NCBI RefSeq assembly: GCF_964204865.1
Contig: NC_135252.1
Span: forward strand, 11,408,001 to 11,472,000
DNA: 64,000 nucleotides
Direction of reading: 5' to 3'
Origin: Styela clava
Lineage: Eukaryota
Both the position numbers and the translations under genes were made by a program. The notes under the pieces are model-generated. The model was not told where the DNA came from. It ran no database searches and saw only the letters and a program-made list of their open reading frames with translations. Within the stretch, counting starts at the first letter, position 1. Each line of letters begins with the position of its first letter. This document shows positions 34,801 to 47,938 of the stretch, one piece after another.

Positions 34801-37800
34801 ACTGGGTCTTGGCATCAGCTCATTGTTTCAAGTAAGTGTGAAAACAAAAGTGTGTCTTACTCATATATAATTTCTTCACGTATACATTGCCGTTCGATAG
34901 AGCGAAGGATTTGACACGATTTTAAACACAGAAGAGTCGTGTTTTAAAAATACCAGAACAATTTGCTTGTTTTGAAAATACTTTATATAAAAATAATAGT
35001 CAATTTAGTTTGATAAATTTAGCTGCACTCATCGTATTAATTTATATAAAGAAGATTAAGATGTCGATGTCACATACCAAAGATATTTTTATTTCATCGG
35101 ATCAAGTAAAATAAACAAAATTGATACTTAACTTAACCTTTGCAGGGATGCAAAGCCTACAGATGTCCACGCTTATTTCGGCATAGTAAACACAAAGGAA
35201 CATACAGGAGTTAAGAAATTCTCTCAAGGAAGGAGAGTCAATCGGGTAAACTTTTTCATCTATTATAATCTACATTCGGCACTTATTTCCAACACGTAAA
35301 TTAGTCATAAAAGCTATGTATATTTGAAATTTCAAACTTATAAACATAAATAATTTTGACTGATAGATAAGAATTCATCCCGATTATGACTATCCATCGA
35401 ATGACGTAGCATTGATTCGTCTTACACGAGAGGTCAGATTGTCAAACTACGTTAACGTCGTGTGTTTGCCTCACAACGAACAACCTTCCGAAGGTCAACA
35501 ATGTTATGCAACGGGATACGCCATGTCAAGTAAGTCGGTTTAATAAAAAGTAGGTAACTTATAACTATGAAACCAGGCGTGAACGAAAAGCATTATATTC
35601 GTCGACTTTTAAACAACAATTTAAATGGGATATTCTCGATCATATCTGAACCCGTAGTATGTAATACGACAGTGTATATATAAAAGTTCAATGGCCCTCT
35701 ACGAAAGACACAATTGAATGGCGATTGTGATCATATATCTATCTCTGCTCTTTAATCACCATTGTAAAAGATAATTGATTTTATCCAAAATCAAAAGTTC
35801 GATTTAAAGGGTAATACCAATTTTTCAAATAATATCAACAAAAGACAATATAATTCTGAAAATGGAATAAACATTCTTATTGTTCTTATTTAATATCTTT
35901 TAACATCCTAGTTGATCGTGGTGAAGTCATTCGATGGTTACAACAAGAACCAGTACAAGTTACAAATAGAGGAAGCTGTAAAATGGCGGAATCAAAAAGA
36001 CGTTTGGAAAAAAATATGTTGTGTGTTTCACACGAAAAATATATTAAGCAGGGGGACTGTCAAGGTACTACTAATAATGCAATAGAATGTATGAATTTTC
36101 TGTATAACCAGTATCCGGATCGATAACATCCCAGACTTATTGCCATTTGGAATTTATTTGGCGCACATATGCTCACCAATGAAAAAATGAAGCAGGTCAT
36201 AAAGTTTTCACTAGAATTTGAACTCTTATTGAAATGTTCGCCCATCATCATCAAATACAATTACATTGTAAGTTTTCTGAAAACTTTTGCAACAAACAAC
36301 TTGAGAGGTAGTAGAAAGTTCATATTCTAACAATGAGTTCATTGAAAAGAGTACGTATTTTAGGTTCATCTGGAGGTCCTTTAGTTTGCCAACGTTGTTC
36401 ATCGTGCGATTGGTATGTTGCTGGGTTGGCTTCAGAAGGAAAGGATTGTAACACTGTCAAAAGTGGAAGCGCATTCACAAGTGTATCAATTTATGAAGCC
36501 TGGATACGAAAAATAATTGGAGCTCCGGCAATATCACTAAGAAGTGGTGCTGCTTGCCAGTTTCCAGGGAAAGGTAATTTATGAAATCTGATTACAATAA
36601 ATGGGACTGTGAAAATAATCTAGGCCATAACTTTTTTTATAGCCATGATTACTAGACCCTATTTCTTTTTTGATCATAATCAACTACTTCAATTACTCAT
36701 TTTATTTCAACAACTAACCAAATTTTAAGAATTGCCAAACGTGCGAAACTAAATGACACATTCGATAACACAAGCGGCTCATAATCTCGTCACGTCCAAT
36801 ATATAGAGTCATTCAGTGTGTTATTTCCGTTCAAGGAAATAGGGAAAAACCTTCATGGAACAACTGGGGCGAATGGTCCAAGTGCACAGTTACATGTGGT
36901 ACAGGAACATCAGTTCGCGAGCGTTCATGCGATGGAGGAAATGCAGGAGATGACGGGTGCGTGGGTAGTATGCAAGAATCAAAAACATGTTCAGTTAACG
37001 ATTGCCCAGGTAATTATTAATTTTGCGTCGTTTTTCTTTCTTTCGTCATTGTATAGTGGTGTAGGAAATAAACATAATAAAATACAAACACGATTTAACA
37101 GCCAACGAAAAGATTTAATTCAAGTTGCAAGCTATGCAGTTTACATTCGGTATCATATTTCTACAATGATATGGACAGTGGATCTGAGATAATAATTCTT
37201 AAAATGTTCATCATTCACTCTAATGCAATAATGTTTCAGTTATAAAGCATTGTAACATTTTGAATAAAAAAGCCAAGATACATTAACTGACAGAAACCAC
37301 GTCATCTACAGACCCCAATCAAATTCGACTAAACATTTGGGGATATTCGACATTTTACTAGGTTGGTCGGATTTCGGAGAATGGAGTTCGTGTTCTGCCA
37401 CATGCGGTGGCGGATCTCGCGAACGAAGCAGAACCTGCAGGGGAAGTAAAATTGGAAACAGAGACTGTCCTGGCGATAGGCTTGAGATTGAGGTTTGTGT
37501 TGTATTGATATATCTTCTTAACAACTTTACAATTCCGCAAAAATCTCGAGAGACTACATAAATCCTAAATGAAATGTTTAGTAAATAACAAATTACTGGT
37601 TAGCTGTGGTTCGGTATTAACAGCCATCAAAAGGAATGTGAATTGCAGCGCATTATTAGGCAAGTATTTTAAGTTGATTACACCCCCATTTGATTACTAA
37701 TCTCCTATGTTCCTTTAATAGGTTGTTGACTTTTCGGAGGTTGTTTTGACTTCGTCGCCAGACGAATCTCAAAATTGTTACAAATTATAAATATTTTAAA

Positions 37801-40800
37801 AAGTCAAATTCGCTTAAAAAAACATTTCATTGTTTCAGAAATGTAATGATGTTCCTTGTCCAAAATGGACTCGCTGGGGTAAATGGTCGAAATGTAGTGT
37901 GACATGCGGAAGGGGGCGACAATCATCACAGAGGCAATGCGAAAATGGTGAGATTGGGGACAGAGGATGTGGAGGAAAGCATACTAAAAACAAAGCCTGC
38001 AGAAGACGTGAGTCAGTGATATAAACCAAATACTTAATAGAACATGCTGAAACTTCACCCAGTAAACATTCATTTCATTTTGATTTCATGATACCGTTAA
38101 ATAATTGACCATAATTGACTAAAATATCAGGATTTGTCCAAAATATATTCGAACTGGAGTGCAAAGACTGCCATTTTCAATACAGTTGCTGTAAGAGTGC
38201 AAATTATCCCCAATTGCAAATTTAGATATTCATTTTATGCAATCTTGCAAGATTTCTTGCAAGAAGGCAAATATTGAGAAATTTCATATTTATGAAATAA
38301 AGTTTCATCAAACTAGACAAATTTTAAATGGTAATTTTGTACAGCTAAATGTCCGTCTTGGAGCAATTGGACATCATGGTCAGAATGTTCAACAACCTGT
38401 GGTAACGGGATTAAAACAGCCACTCGAGATTGCATGACTGGAAAAAAAACTTCGAAGAATTGTGAAGGAAATTCCACCAAAACACAAACATGCAATACAG
38501 AAGATTGTGAGGGTAGGATAAAATAAATGTCTCCATATTTTAAAAAGATTCATGTTAATTCACTATTAAATAAAAATAATATTTTAGTAGTTTCTCAGTA
38601 AACAGTCGGTAATCCATGTTTTTGTATTTGATATAGATAGATCCATTCGTCTCAATTTACTTTCAGGTTACGTTATAGGTACAATAAATGGTGTTTAAAA
38701 TCCTTGAGACATATTTATGTATAATCTGTTTTTTAAAGGATGTGCAAAGTGGTCAGAATGGACAGCATGTACCAAAACCTGCGGCGGCGGACTCCAGGAA
38801 AGAAGTCGGACTTGCACATCAGACTCTGCAACTCAGGAAGAAAGTGTTTGCAATGATAAAAAGTGTCCCATTTTTTGGAGTGATTGGGCAAACTGGACAG
38901 AGTGCAGTGTTTCATGTGGATCTGGTCAAGAAACAAGAACCAGAACGTGTGAAGGTGGTAAGCCAGGCGATCCAGGATGTCGTGGAACAACTACAAACAA
39001 CAGACAGTGCAACCTTGGAGAGTGTCCTTCTATCCCAAAATGGTCGGCATGGGGGCAATGGAGCAATTGTGATGCTGTTTGTGGAAGAGGTTTTAAAATA
39101 AGAGAAAGGTTAAAATATATGGTTTAGTTTTGAAAAAATAAGCAGCTACCAATGATATTATATTTATATATCCCCTGGCCACAACGAATGGCAAAACTAT
39201 TTCATCATGCGACATCGTGTCACAAATTTATTTTTGGCAGAGTACCTCGAAATATATCTAAATATATATATATATATAGAAGAATAAAAAATGGATGATA
39301 TCAATTGAAGTTACATATTATATGGAGGTTGTGTTGTGTGATTCAGAGAAGACCGTATTTGAGAAACTGATTTCACCAATGTCGCGATCAATGTTAGCAT
39401 AACAGCGACAATTTATATTGCATGAAAGACTATTAGATCGATGATACTATAGAAAATCATCAAGTGAATAGAATCATGAAAAAAAGTTATCAATGGATGC
39501 AAAAAATGTTGATATTTACATGAAATTATTTTTACAGGGTATGCGATGGTGAATCATGTCCTGGTATGCCATTTGAAGACAAAGATTGCTTTGTTGAATG
39601 CGAAACAAAAGGTATCATAATTGTATTAATAGTATAGTGAAACATATATCAATAAACCTACGTCCATCAATCTTGCCTAATATTTTAATTCATTATTTAT
39701 GGAAGTAAGTATCACGTCTAGAGCATTTTTTTTCAATATCATTATTTTGTGGTATGCCTAATTTTTTTTTTGTGTTGTATGTCAGATGTTTTCAATATCA
39801 TATTCGTTTGCCCGTTGGCCTATTTAAATCCCTGCCAGGAAAAAAATGCCATCTATTGTGATATTTTCAGAAGTGTGCTCGGAACTTGTGGACCATATTC
39901 TCTATTGTGCAATGAGCGCTGCTTGGTGCACAATTCAGCCAGAATTTATGGTGGGAAGATGCGATAAAACATGTTGTCATGAAGAATATCGATTTGGTAA
40001 GTTATTATGTTCTGATAATACCATTTCCCTCGTCACAAAGAAGTTATATTATCCTGCGATCTATATTTTGCACAAGCAAAGTTCAAAATCTGACGTCATA
40101 TTTATGTCATGACGTCTGTCATTATAATTAGCTGGAATATTCCTGTACCTATTCATTTTTACAACAAAAGTTTTCATCAAATAAGTCAAAGAGCTATCTT
40201 ATCTGAAGTAAACATCAAGCAACATGGCAGGATCCAGAAATAAAAATATTATGTTCACTATGTTCCTCCAACCTAAATACTGCTAACAGTTTATTGATGT
40301 AAAATAAATATATTTCTTTTATGTTCTAGCCTTTTCAGAATGGTCACCATGGTCTGAATGTACCGAATCCTGTGGCACGGGTTATATGACAAGAAGGAGG
40401 CGATGCACATACCCATCTCTATGTGCAAAATTTAACGCCCCACTCGAAGAAACCAAAAAATGTAACACTCATTCATGTTCCGCTCGTTTTCTCCAAGAAA
40501 TGTGTACTGCGTCATGCGGTGGAGGAATTCGCCACCGTAGAACCCTGTGTGATGGAGTGGAATGCATTGGCATGAAGTTAGTATCCGAACCATGCAATAC
40601 GCATTCATGTACGAGTTCGCTTTCACTTTGGAGTGAGTGGAGTCCTTGTTCACAAAGTTGTGGTATGGGGTCAAAGCAAAGAGAAAGAACTTGTTCAGGA
40701 TCTCCATCATTTTGCAATGAACAGCTTGAGCAAATAGAAGAATGTATAATTACAGAATGTAACGGAACGTGGTCTCAGTGGCAACCTTGGGGACTCTGCT

Positions 40801-41391
40801 CTGTGAAGTGCGGGATTGGAACTATTAAGCGATTCAGGTAATACAATTTGCATAAGGTATAATATACTCCAAAAAATTCTAATATGAAAACATAATGATA
40901 TTTTTAATTTTCTTGTAGATCTTGCGTGGAAGGTAATTGTGTAGGATCTAATGAAGAAGAAGAAGCGTGTGTGACGTTTGATTGCCCGACAGGTAAATTC
41001 ATAAGTATTACACAAAAACATTTATTACAGAAAAAGTCAAGAGACATTATAAAATTTGAGCAGAACAGTAAAAACACTTTGTTGACTATTCTGAAAATTT
41101 TTGATAGCTGAAATCGGAAGTACATTTTCGTCACCTCAATAGAAATTTAAAAATCGAGTATCAGCCGACTAAATCTTTTAATTCATATTTGATATTCCAA
41201 ACTAATCGCGCAGAATATAACACCCTATTTTAACTTTACTATTAAATGATGCTATATTCTGTATTTTCACAGTCACGGGATGTGAAGACGAATCCTCAAT
41301 GCGACTTCTCTGTCCGTTATTAACAAACTATTGTGACAATGCCTACACTCAGTATGCCTGTAGGAAATCTTGTAAACTATGTGAAGAATAA
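31892..41391 (+). CDS. G4: secreted mosaic serine-protease homologue (SP-ShKT-EGF-cbEGF-atypical S1A domain-7xTSP1-ShK variant-4xTSP1-ShKT), ~1065 aa
   Basis: 21 exons: 31892-31923, 32410-32462, 32685-32846, 33014-33109, 33771-33917, 34233-34312, 34743-34831, 35146-35245, 35367-35529, 35912-36064, 36364-36573, 36836-37009, 37362-37492, 37839-38007, 38345-38512, 38739-39108, 39538-39611, 39871-39996, 40330-40837, 40919-40992, 41273-41391. Total 3198 nt, in frame. Signal MDYTVVLRLLTFILFGGVLG; DINEC; ASAHC, DVALI and GDCQGSSGGP; terminal ShKT ...CRKSCKLCEE*. Confidence 0.9.
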
Positions 41392-42882
41392 TTTCGGGAA
41401 ATCGTTTTTTTCACTTAAATACGGGGAAATTTTTTTGATCATGATAATCGGCATGTGCAATATAGCGGAAAACGAACAAAGTGAGAAGCCCGTATTTGAA
41501 AATAGGGTCAAATATATGATACACAAAATTTAATTGGTTGTGTGGTATATTGTCAGCACCATGTCCCCTATTCCGCAATATAATGCTAAGGGCATCCATA
41601 GATATTCCCTAAAACGGCACATGCCTTTGTTGTATTAAATATGCTTTGGATTGTACCCAGAATTTCGACACGATTATAACCTGTTGTTGAATCATTGACT
41701 TAGCAAAGCGCTTGAGCCCACTTTCACTGTATATCGCCTAGTGGTAGAACCCCTCAATTTCTTGTAGGGCCCACAAAATCGTTTCGACGCGTAGTAAGTG
41801 GGTGGATAGGAACTTAGGACAAATTCGGAAACATTCATATGGCCGCAAGATGTAATTCCCAAAATGGGTTGCACTCGCACTGTCGTATCGTATCAGTATT
41901 TTCTATTGCATTGTTCACTTTTTTCTAATAATGCATTAAACATATTCAGGATTCTGTTATAACTACTGTTTTGTAATTATCAATATTTTTCTGTGGTTAT
42001 CGCTATATGTGTACTTTTTTGATTGCTTGTGAATAAAATTAAAAAATGTGACCCAACTACTTTACTGTGCCAATTGATTGTGGCACAAAAACTTGCCCTG
42101 AATGACAACAAATGATCGTTAGTCTGTTGCATTCAACTTCTGATTAATAATACCTGGGCCGGATTACCCACCAGTCCAGACCAGACACGGGCGTTTGAGC
42201 CTACCTAGCGGGTCTAATATTGTTTCAGTACTTTTAAGAATGCCACATACATTTGTGATATATTTTTGCATATCCCAAAGTTTTCCATCAGTCTCGGGAG
42301 TCATTTCCCATGGAGTTTCATTTATTGTTCTGCAAATGGCAGCTATCATTTATCAATGGTTGTTGGACTCAGTCGGTGCTTGAACCTACACCTCACCATT
42401 AAAATTACACCACAGTGAAAAAGCCAACAATGCTCAAATATATGGACACGAGGATAAAAACAAAATATTTTTCCTACAATTTCCCCAAAATCATATCGTG
42501 AAGAGAGCTAGAACTAAGAAACTTGTCAGTGCCAGTACTCAAACTGTCCTAGTTTTCCCATGTCTGGTGACGATGATTCAATCGTATAGTGCAGCGTTTC
42601 CCAATCTATCTATGTTCCGCGGAACACTAGTGTTCGACTAGTGTCTTCCGAGTGTTCCGCGAAAAGGAATCAAAAAATCGTCTACATTGGTCGCCATGGC
42701 GATGTAGAGATCGTGAAGTTGTCGCTTAACTGACCGTTCAATTTCGCGTCACCTTCGGCCTAAAGCGGACGAACTAAGGTAGTGGTAAGGTAAGCTAAAG
42801 TAAGTGGTATTTTCTTTAACCGCTTTTTGACAGTTAAGTTCATTATTATTTTTACAGCAATATTTTTGGTTTTGCTATAAGC

Positions 42883-43304
42883 AAACAAGAGAGCTACGCA
42901 CAAATATATGGACACGTTAGACCAGAGCGAATCAGTCCTTACCGGTACCTTTGACGCTACCGGTACCCTCAAAAAAGTTCTGAATTTCCAGTAGCAAGAA
43001 TTTTGCAGAATCAAAACGTACAGCCAGTCATGACACTGACTAAAATCCGTCTTCCCATGGATAAAAAATAATACAGCAAAATTTTTGACGAAATATCAAA
43101 TTTCATAGAATTCACGCAAAATTTTGAAATAAATAAAAGTAATAGCCTTCTAGCGAAAAAATTAATCTTTAACCACTGAAATATTCAAAGCAATTGGTCC
43201 AGTATTCGAAGAGAAAAGCGACTTTTTAAAAACGTGTCAAAGAACAAGAACAACAACAACAACATAATATTGAAACGATCGTTATGGCCACTAAACGTGT
43301 CCAA
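42883..43304 (+). mobile_element. DINE-1/HINE-like interspersed repeat, copy C
   Basis: aaacaagagagctacgcacaaatatatggacacg ... (aac)n ... gaaacgatcgttatggccactaaacgtgtccaa; matches copy B. Confidence 0.7.
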
Positions 43305-44552
43305 CAAGTAGGTCTAAACTTTAAAGAACAAACGAAAAAGGTAAACTCTTCTTCCTCCATCTTTGCCTGGTTTTACTTTGAAATGCCTCCATTAGACGTG
43401 ACATTAGAGGCAAACACAACGTAATGGAAAGTAAAAGCCAACTCACACGAAGACCGACCTTTCCGACATCTTTGACGTCGTTCAAATTGAATAGAAAAAC
43501 AATTGAAGGGTGTTTACACTGCGAGCGGACGAACTAGGGTTGGATTATCTGGATAGCGGTGATTATTTAAGACTTATTTTGCTATCTGTTATCCGGATAT
43601 TATTGTGACGGTTAACCGGATAACAGAGCAGTATAAATAATGCATATGCGCTTTAGCGATTTTTATATTTTTTGTTGAGTTGCGACTGACATCTCCCAAA
43701 GCATATAATAACCACTTTTTCCACTCTAATCTGTCTATATTTTAGCCATCTGTAAAATGCTGCAGTGAACTTCACTATTACATCACAAAACACGCTGAAC
43801 AAATGTGATTATTGGGCCTATTAGAAGAGCTCATTCGCTTTATAAAGTTAGATTTAAACTGGAGGTACAGTTTAAGCAAGATTAACTTAAACGAATTCAG
43901 TTGAAAAGCATTGGTTGGGTGGTGTGAGTTTGTTGCTTTTTCGTCGGGTGTGGCTTTTAGATAAGCAGAACAGATAGCAGAAAATAATAAAATTGTAATT
44001 TTATCCAGGATCTTTTATTAGAGAACTTTATCTAGTAGGCCCCGATATCTATCAACAAGGAATTTCAATACAAGATGTTAATCCAACATTCAACTTTACA
44101 AACTGAGACCTCCGTATTTAGCGTCATGAATAATTCCTTAAATTTCACAGACGACCTGTTTTTTTCATCGAGGCTTCGGTACCAAACGACTGCCTGCCCG
44201 TTTCCCTCATCGACCAACAGTCGATCAGTAGATATGTGTGTGAATGTGGCGATGGTCGGCGTCGAAACGATTAATCGGTCGGTCGTATTGGTCGCTTTGT
44301 GTGTGAGTCAAGCTTAAAAGACATAGAAAGGTAAAATGAATTTATTGTTTCATATACACAACTTTAAGAATTAAGAAACAATAAAACATTTATATTAAAT
44401 GCAATATGTAAAATATTCAATCATATTTTAGGTATGTTTAACAATTAACAGTATATATATATTTACGGTTTAACACAATTCTGTTAGTTTTCGCGGCACA
44501 TTTGTCTACTCGCCACGGTAAATCCATTGGGAACCGCTACATTACATCCTCT

Positions 44553-44973
44553 TTGAATGCGTAGTAGACATAGCGATCGTGTCAATATTATGTTGTTCGT
44601 GTTCTTTGACACTTTTTGGACACCTAGTGGAAAATCTAAAAAGTCACTTTGTTGCCCTTTGATTTCTAGACCAATTGCTCTGAAATTTTCAGTGGTTACA
44701 TGTCTTACAGATAAAACAAATTTTCCAGAAGGCTATTATTTTTAGTTATTTCAAAATTTTCTGTTATCTCTGTGAGATTTGTTTTTGTTTGCTATGACAT
44801 CACCGAACGTTCTCTGTACATAAGACGCCATTTTGTGTCCGACTGTACTGCTTTTCTTGGTGTGACTATATTTGTAAACTGTGATCAGACGGTACGGTAA
44901 ACGTTAGTCATTGGGTAAACCGTACTGTACTGCGAACAGACGTGTCCATATATTTGGGCGTAGCTCTCTTGTT
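44553..44973 (-). mobile_element. DINE-1/HINE-like interspersed repeat, copy D
   Basis: On the + strand it ends cgtgtccatatatttgggcgtagctctcttgtt. Its internal gaccaattgctctgaaattttcagtggtta matches the family core. Confidence 0.65.
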
Positions 44974-47058
44974 TCTTTATCACATTTACCCTTTCATTTT
45001 TTGGTGTTCCGCGAGGCGAGCTAATAAGTGTTAGTGTTCCGTGGCTGAAAAAGTTTTGGCAAACGCCGGACCAGTGTCAACGTAAATCGAAGTATCAAAT
45101 GGTTCGAGTCACCACTGTATTAGCAAATCTTTACCGGTAGTCTACCGTACCGTTTCTATCAAAAAACTTGCAAAACAATTTGAACATACGCAGTACCTGT
45201 TAAATTTCTTCGGTTGCAGCCGAGAATAAATCACCAGCATACTTTCCCAGGCATTGAGTCAAAATCAGTCAGAAAGGTATCGTAAGTCGGTTTTTTCTTC
45301 ACTCACGGTTTTGAGCAAACTCTTTGAAATTCCAATAACAATGGTGGCACTTTTCAGAAAGTTTATGGTTGAAGCGATGCAAAAAAATATTCCACCAAAG
45401 TTCACAAGTTTTTCCGAGCATTCGACTGATTTTGAATTCCGTCAGATGCTGCAGTTTCTTCAGTGTACTTTGGAATCTCTAAAATACAGCCTCAGTGACA
45501 TCAGCCCTACCAGATCATCCAGTGTGTGAATAGATGCGAAAGCACCAAAGACCTTTTTTAGTATAGCTAAGTATCTATTTGTTGAAACAAGAGGTTTCTG
45601 TACCCAAAAAGGAAGGCAGGTTTTTTAATGGGATATTAATTCTAATATGGCAAGGATTTATCAGTAGAGACTAGGCGCGGTATAACCTTAAATGATCTGT
45701 AGTTTGGAATCACAAAATTTTTGGAATTTCATCATAACATCATCCTGAGGGCACCAGTATCTGTTCATAAATTACTCTAACGTTAATAACGGTACCGCAC
45801 AGTAGGAGGTAGGAGCATGATATTGGGATGATTGCACTGTTCTTGCATTTTGCTAAACATTAGATCAATTTACCCAACGTTTGATTGACAAACCGGGCTA
45901 CTCGAAGTTCGTTATTTTGCCGTGCCGTGCCGTGATTTATTGAAAATGAATAGTGGGACATAACGTGCCAATACTACTCCCTAATGGACGTGCTGAATAT
46001 ACATGAGACAGCTTCGATGCAGCATGCAACTGAGGCTGAATTAAAAGATTTGAGTGAATACATCAAACCTCTATTGTTTGGAGAATTTGCTGCGCATTGT
46101 ATTTACCACATGTTACTAGCATCACTGGATATCTGTACGTGGCAATTATTGAAACTAATATATAGATATTCCAGCTACTGTTACAGAAGTATAAATCGAC
46201 CTGTGTTTTGATGTAGGTTAGCTCTATGGGCTTTGACATATTGGTCAGTATTAGAAAGGGTATAGTTTACAGAAATACTTCGAGTTCGCTATTTCTGGTG
46301 ATATCATGCACCTTTAACGTAACTATTTCTACCGAAGTTGAGAGGGATGGCGAAGGGCCACGGTTAGGATTTTTTCAAAAAGAATTGTTTTAAAAACAAT
46401 TGTTTTAAATCAAGTTTTTTTTCGCCTGTTTTGTTCAAAATGGCTGTACTATTTGATCTTTTTGTGTTAAATAGGTTGAAGTAAAATGAATTGTCAAAAC
46501 TTGCCAAGCGCTCTTTATATGCAATAAATATTTCAAAACGCCACAAATATCGATAGAGTTTCATGCACACCTTCTCAAGCTGTAGTTCAATGGTTGGCGC
46601 AGTAAGACGCAACCGATAGGCTATTACGTGAACGACCCTGCTGCGATGAAACTACCTTGTAAAAATTGAAATGCGATCGAATAAATGAGTTTGTATAACC
46701 TTGAAAAACTCACTTCAACCCTAAAAAACAAAATATGCTAAGCATAAATTAACCGAACAGTATTAACCGTAACAATGACTTCATTTTATGAGAAAAATGT
46801 CAATACATGACCTCGTTATCCATATTATGGCTTCATAACAGATTAGTTGGGGCGTCTTTGCATCAGAGGACTCTTAAAATTAACATAGGCTAGGTTATGG
46901 TGTCTCATCGTTCCTATCAGTAGATTACCGCCAATATAAGCATAATTCTTCATTATCGCAACCCACTCGTTTTGCCGAATGGCTGCACTTGATCGAATTG
47001 CTTTTGTAGTAGGCTCGTTTGTCTCGGCTAAACATTCCGGGTAAAATCGTATGACTTT

Positions 47059-47167
47059 GGTGGAGATATAAAGTGGCGATAAATGTACGCAATAGTGGTA
47101 AAAATCAATCAAAATAAGGTGGAGATATAAAGTGGCAATAAATGTACGCAATAGTGGTAAAAGTCAA
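47059..47167 (+). repeat. direct repeat, 2 x ~50 bp (59-bp period)
   Basis: ggtggagatataaagtggc(g/a)ataaatgtacgcaatagtggtaaaa occurs at 47059 and 47118. Confidence 0.85.
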
Positions 47168-47759
47168 AATAAAAAATTTTATTTACATTTTTGAAATTAT
47201 AATTGCGGCTGCGTGTGCAGCTGCCAGAATGCAACGTTTTGGCGTAGTTTCGCGGGGCGATGCAAGGACTATTTCAAAGAAAAACACAAAAAAATTTGAT
47301 TTAAAACAAGCCCTTGGTTTAAAACATGATGTTATTTTTAGAATTGATAAAAACAAAACCCTAGCCACGATTGTGGTTTGCATGTTGACGAACATTATGG
47401 TTTTGGAATATGATTCCTACAGTCTCACCAACACCCTGAAATGATGAAAACTTTCAGATATAGGCTACTACCAAATAACTCAACTTATTTGGCATACCTA
47501 TTTTACATGTTTTCTAACTTTTGCAATTACATTTTCAGTATCAAATTTGGCGATATTTTATCTCGGTCACTACTGATGTATTGAACATTTTTATCCATGG
47601 CTTAAAAATTAGTGATGATTTCTATGTTCCCGTCAACGAATTTTCTGGAGTGTGTTTTACTGCAAAATAAGCACAATGAAAGGATATTTACAACGCCATT
47701 TGTAGTTACCTAGAATTTCGTTACTTATTTGCGGTGTCGTTGATCTGCCTGCCTATATT

Positions 47760-47938
47760 CAGTGGTGGGATTCTAGTTTTTTTCAGCCGGTTACTTCACA
47801 ATAGTCATATTTTTGAGCCGGTTCTGATGCAAACAGAACATTGACAGTAACCAGTAATGCTGACCGGTTCGCTGATCTCGTGGAATTCCGTGAGACGGTT
47901 CTATGGAACAGGTGCGAACCGGCTGAATCCCACCACTG
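47760..47938. mobile_element. hAT-type MITE (179 bp)
   Basis: Perfect 14-bp TIR CAGTGGTGGGATTC / GAATCCCACCACTG. 8-bp TSD cctatatt / cctatgtt. Confidence 0.85.

Larger units (their letters stand above)
42592..45068. mobile_element. hAT-like non-autonomous element swollen by nested insertions
   Basis: TIR-like ends cagcgtttcccaa / ttggcaaacgccg. Subterminal gtgttccgcg motifs at both ends. Partial TSD gtatagtg / gaccagtg. Contains HINE-like copies C and D. Confidence 0.55.

Noticed and set aside
39749-39967. Cys-rich ORF suggesting an alternative G4 terminal exon
   Set aside because: It overlaps the true ShK-variant exon (39871-39996) in another frame and has no coherent Cys pattern.
42160-42390. 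Possible tRNA-derived SINE or tRNA gene (B-box-like ggttcaagc on the minus strand)
   Set aside because: No cloverleaf or A-box could be established, and there is no second copy in the window.
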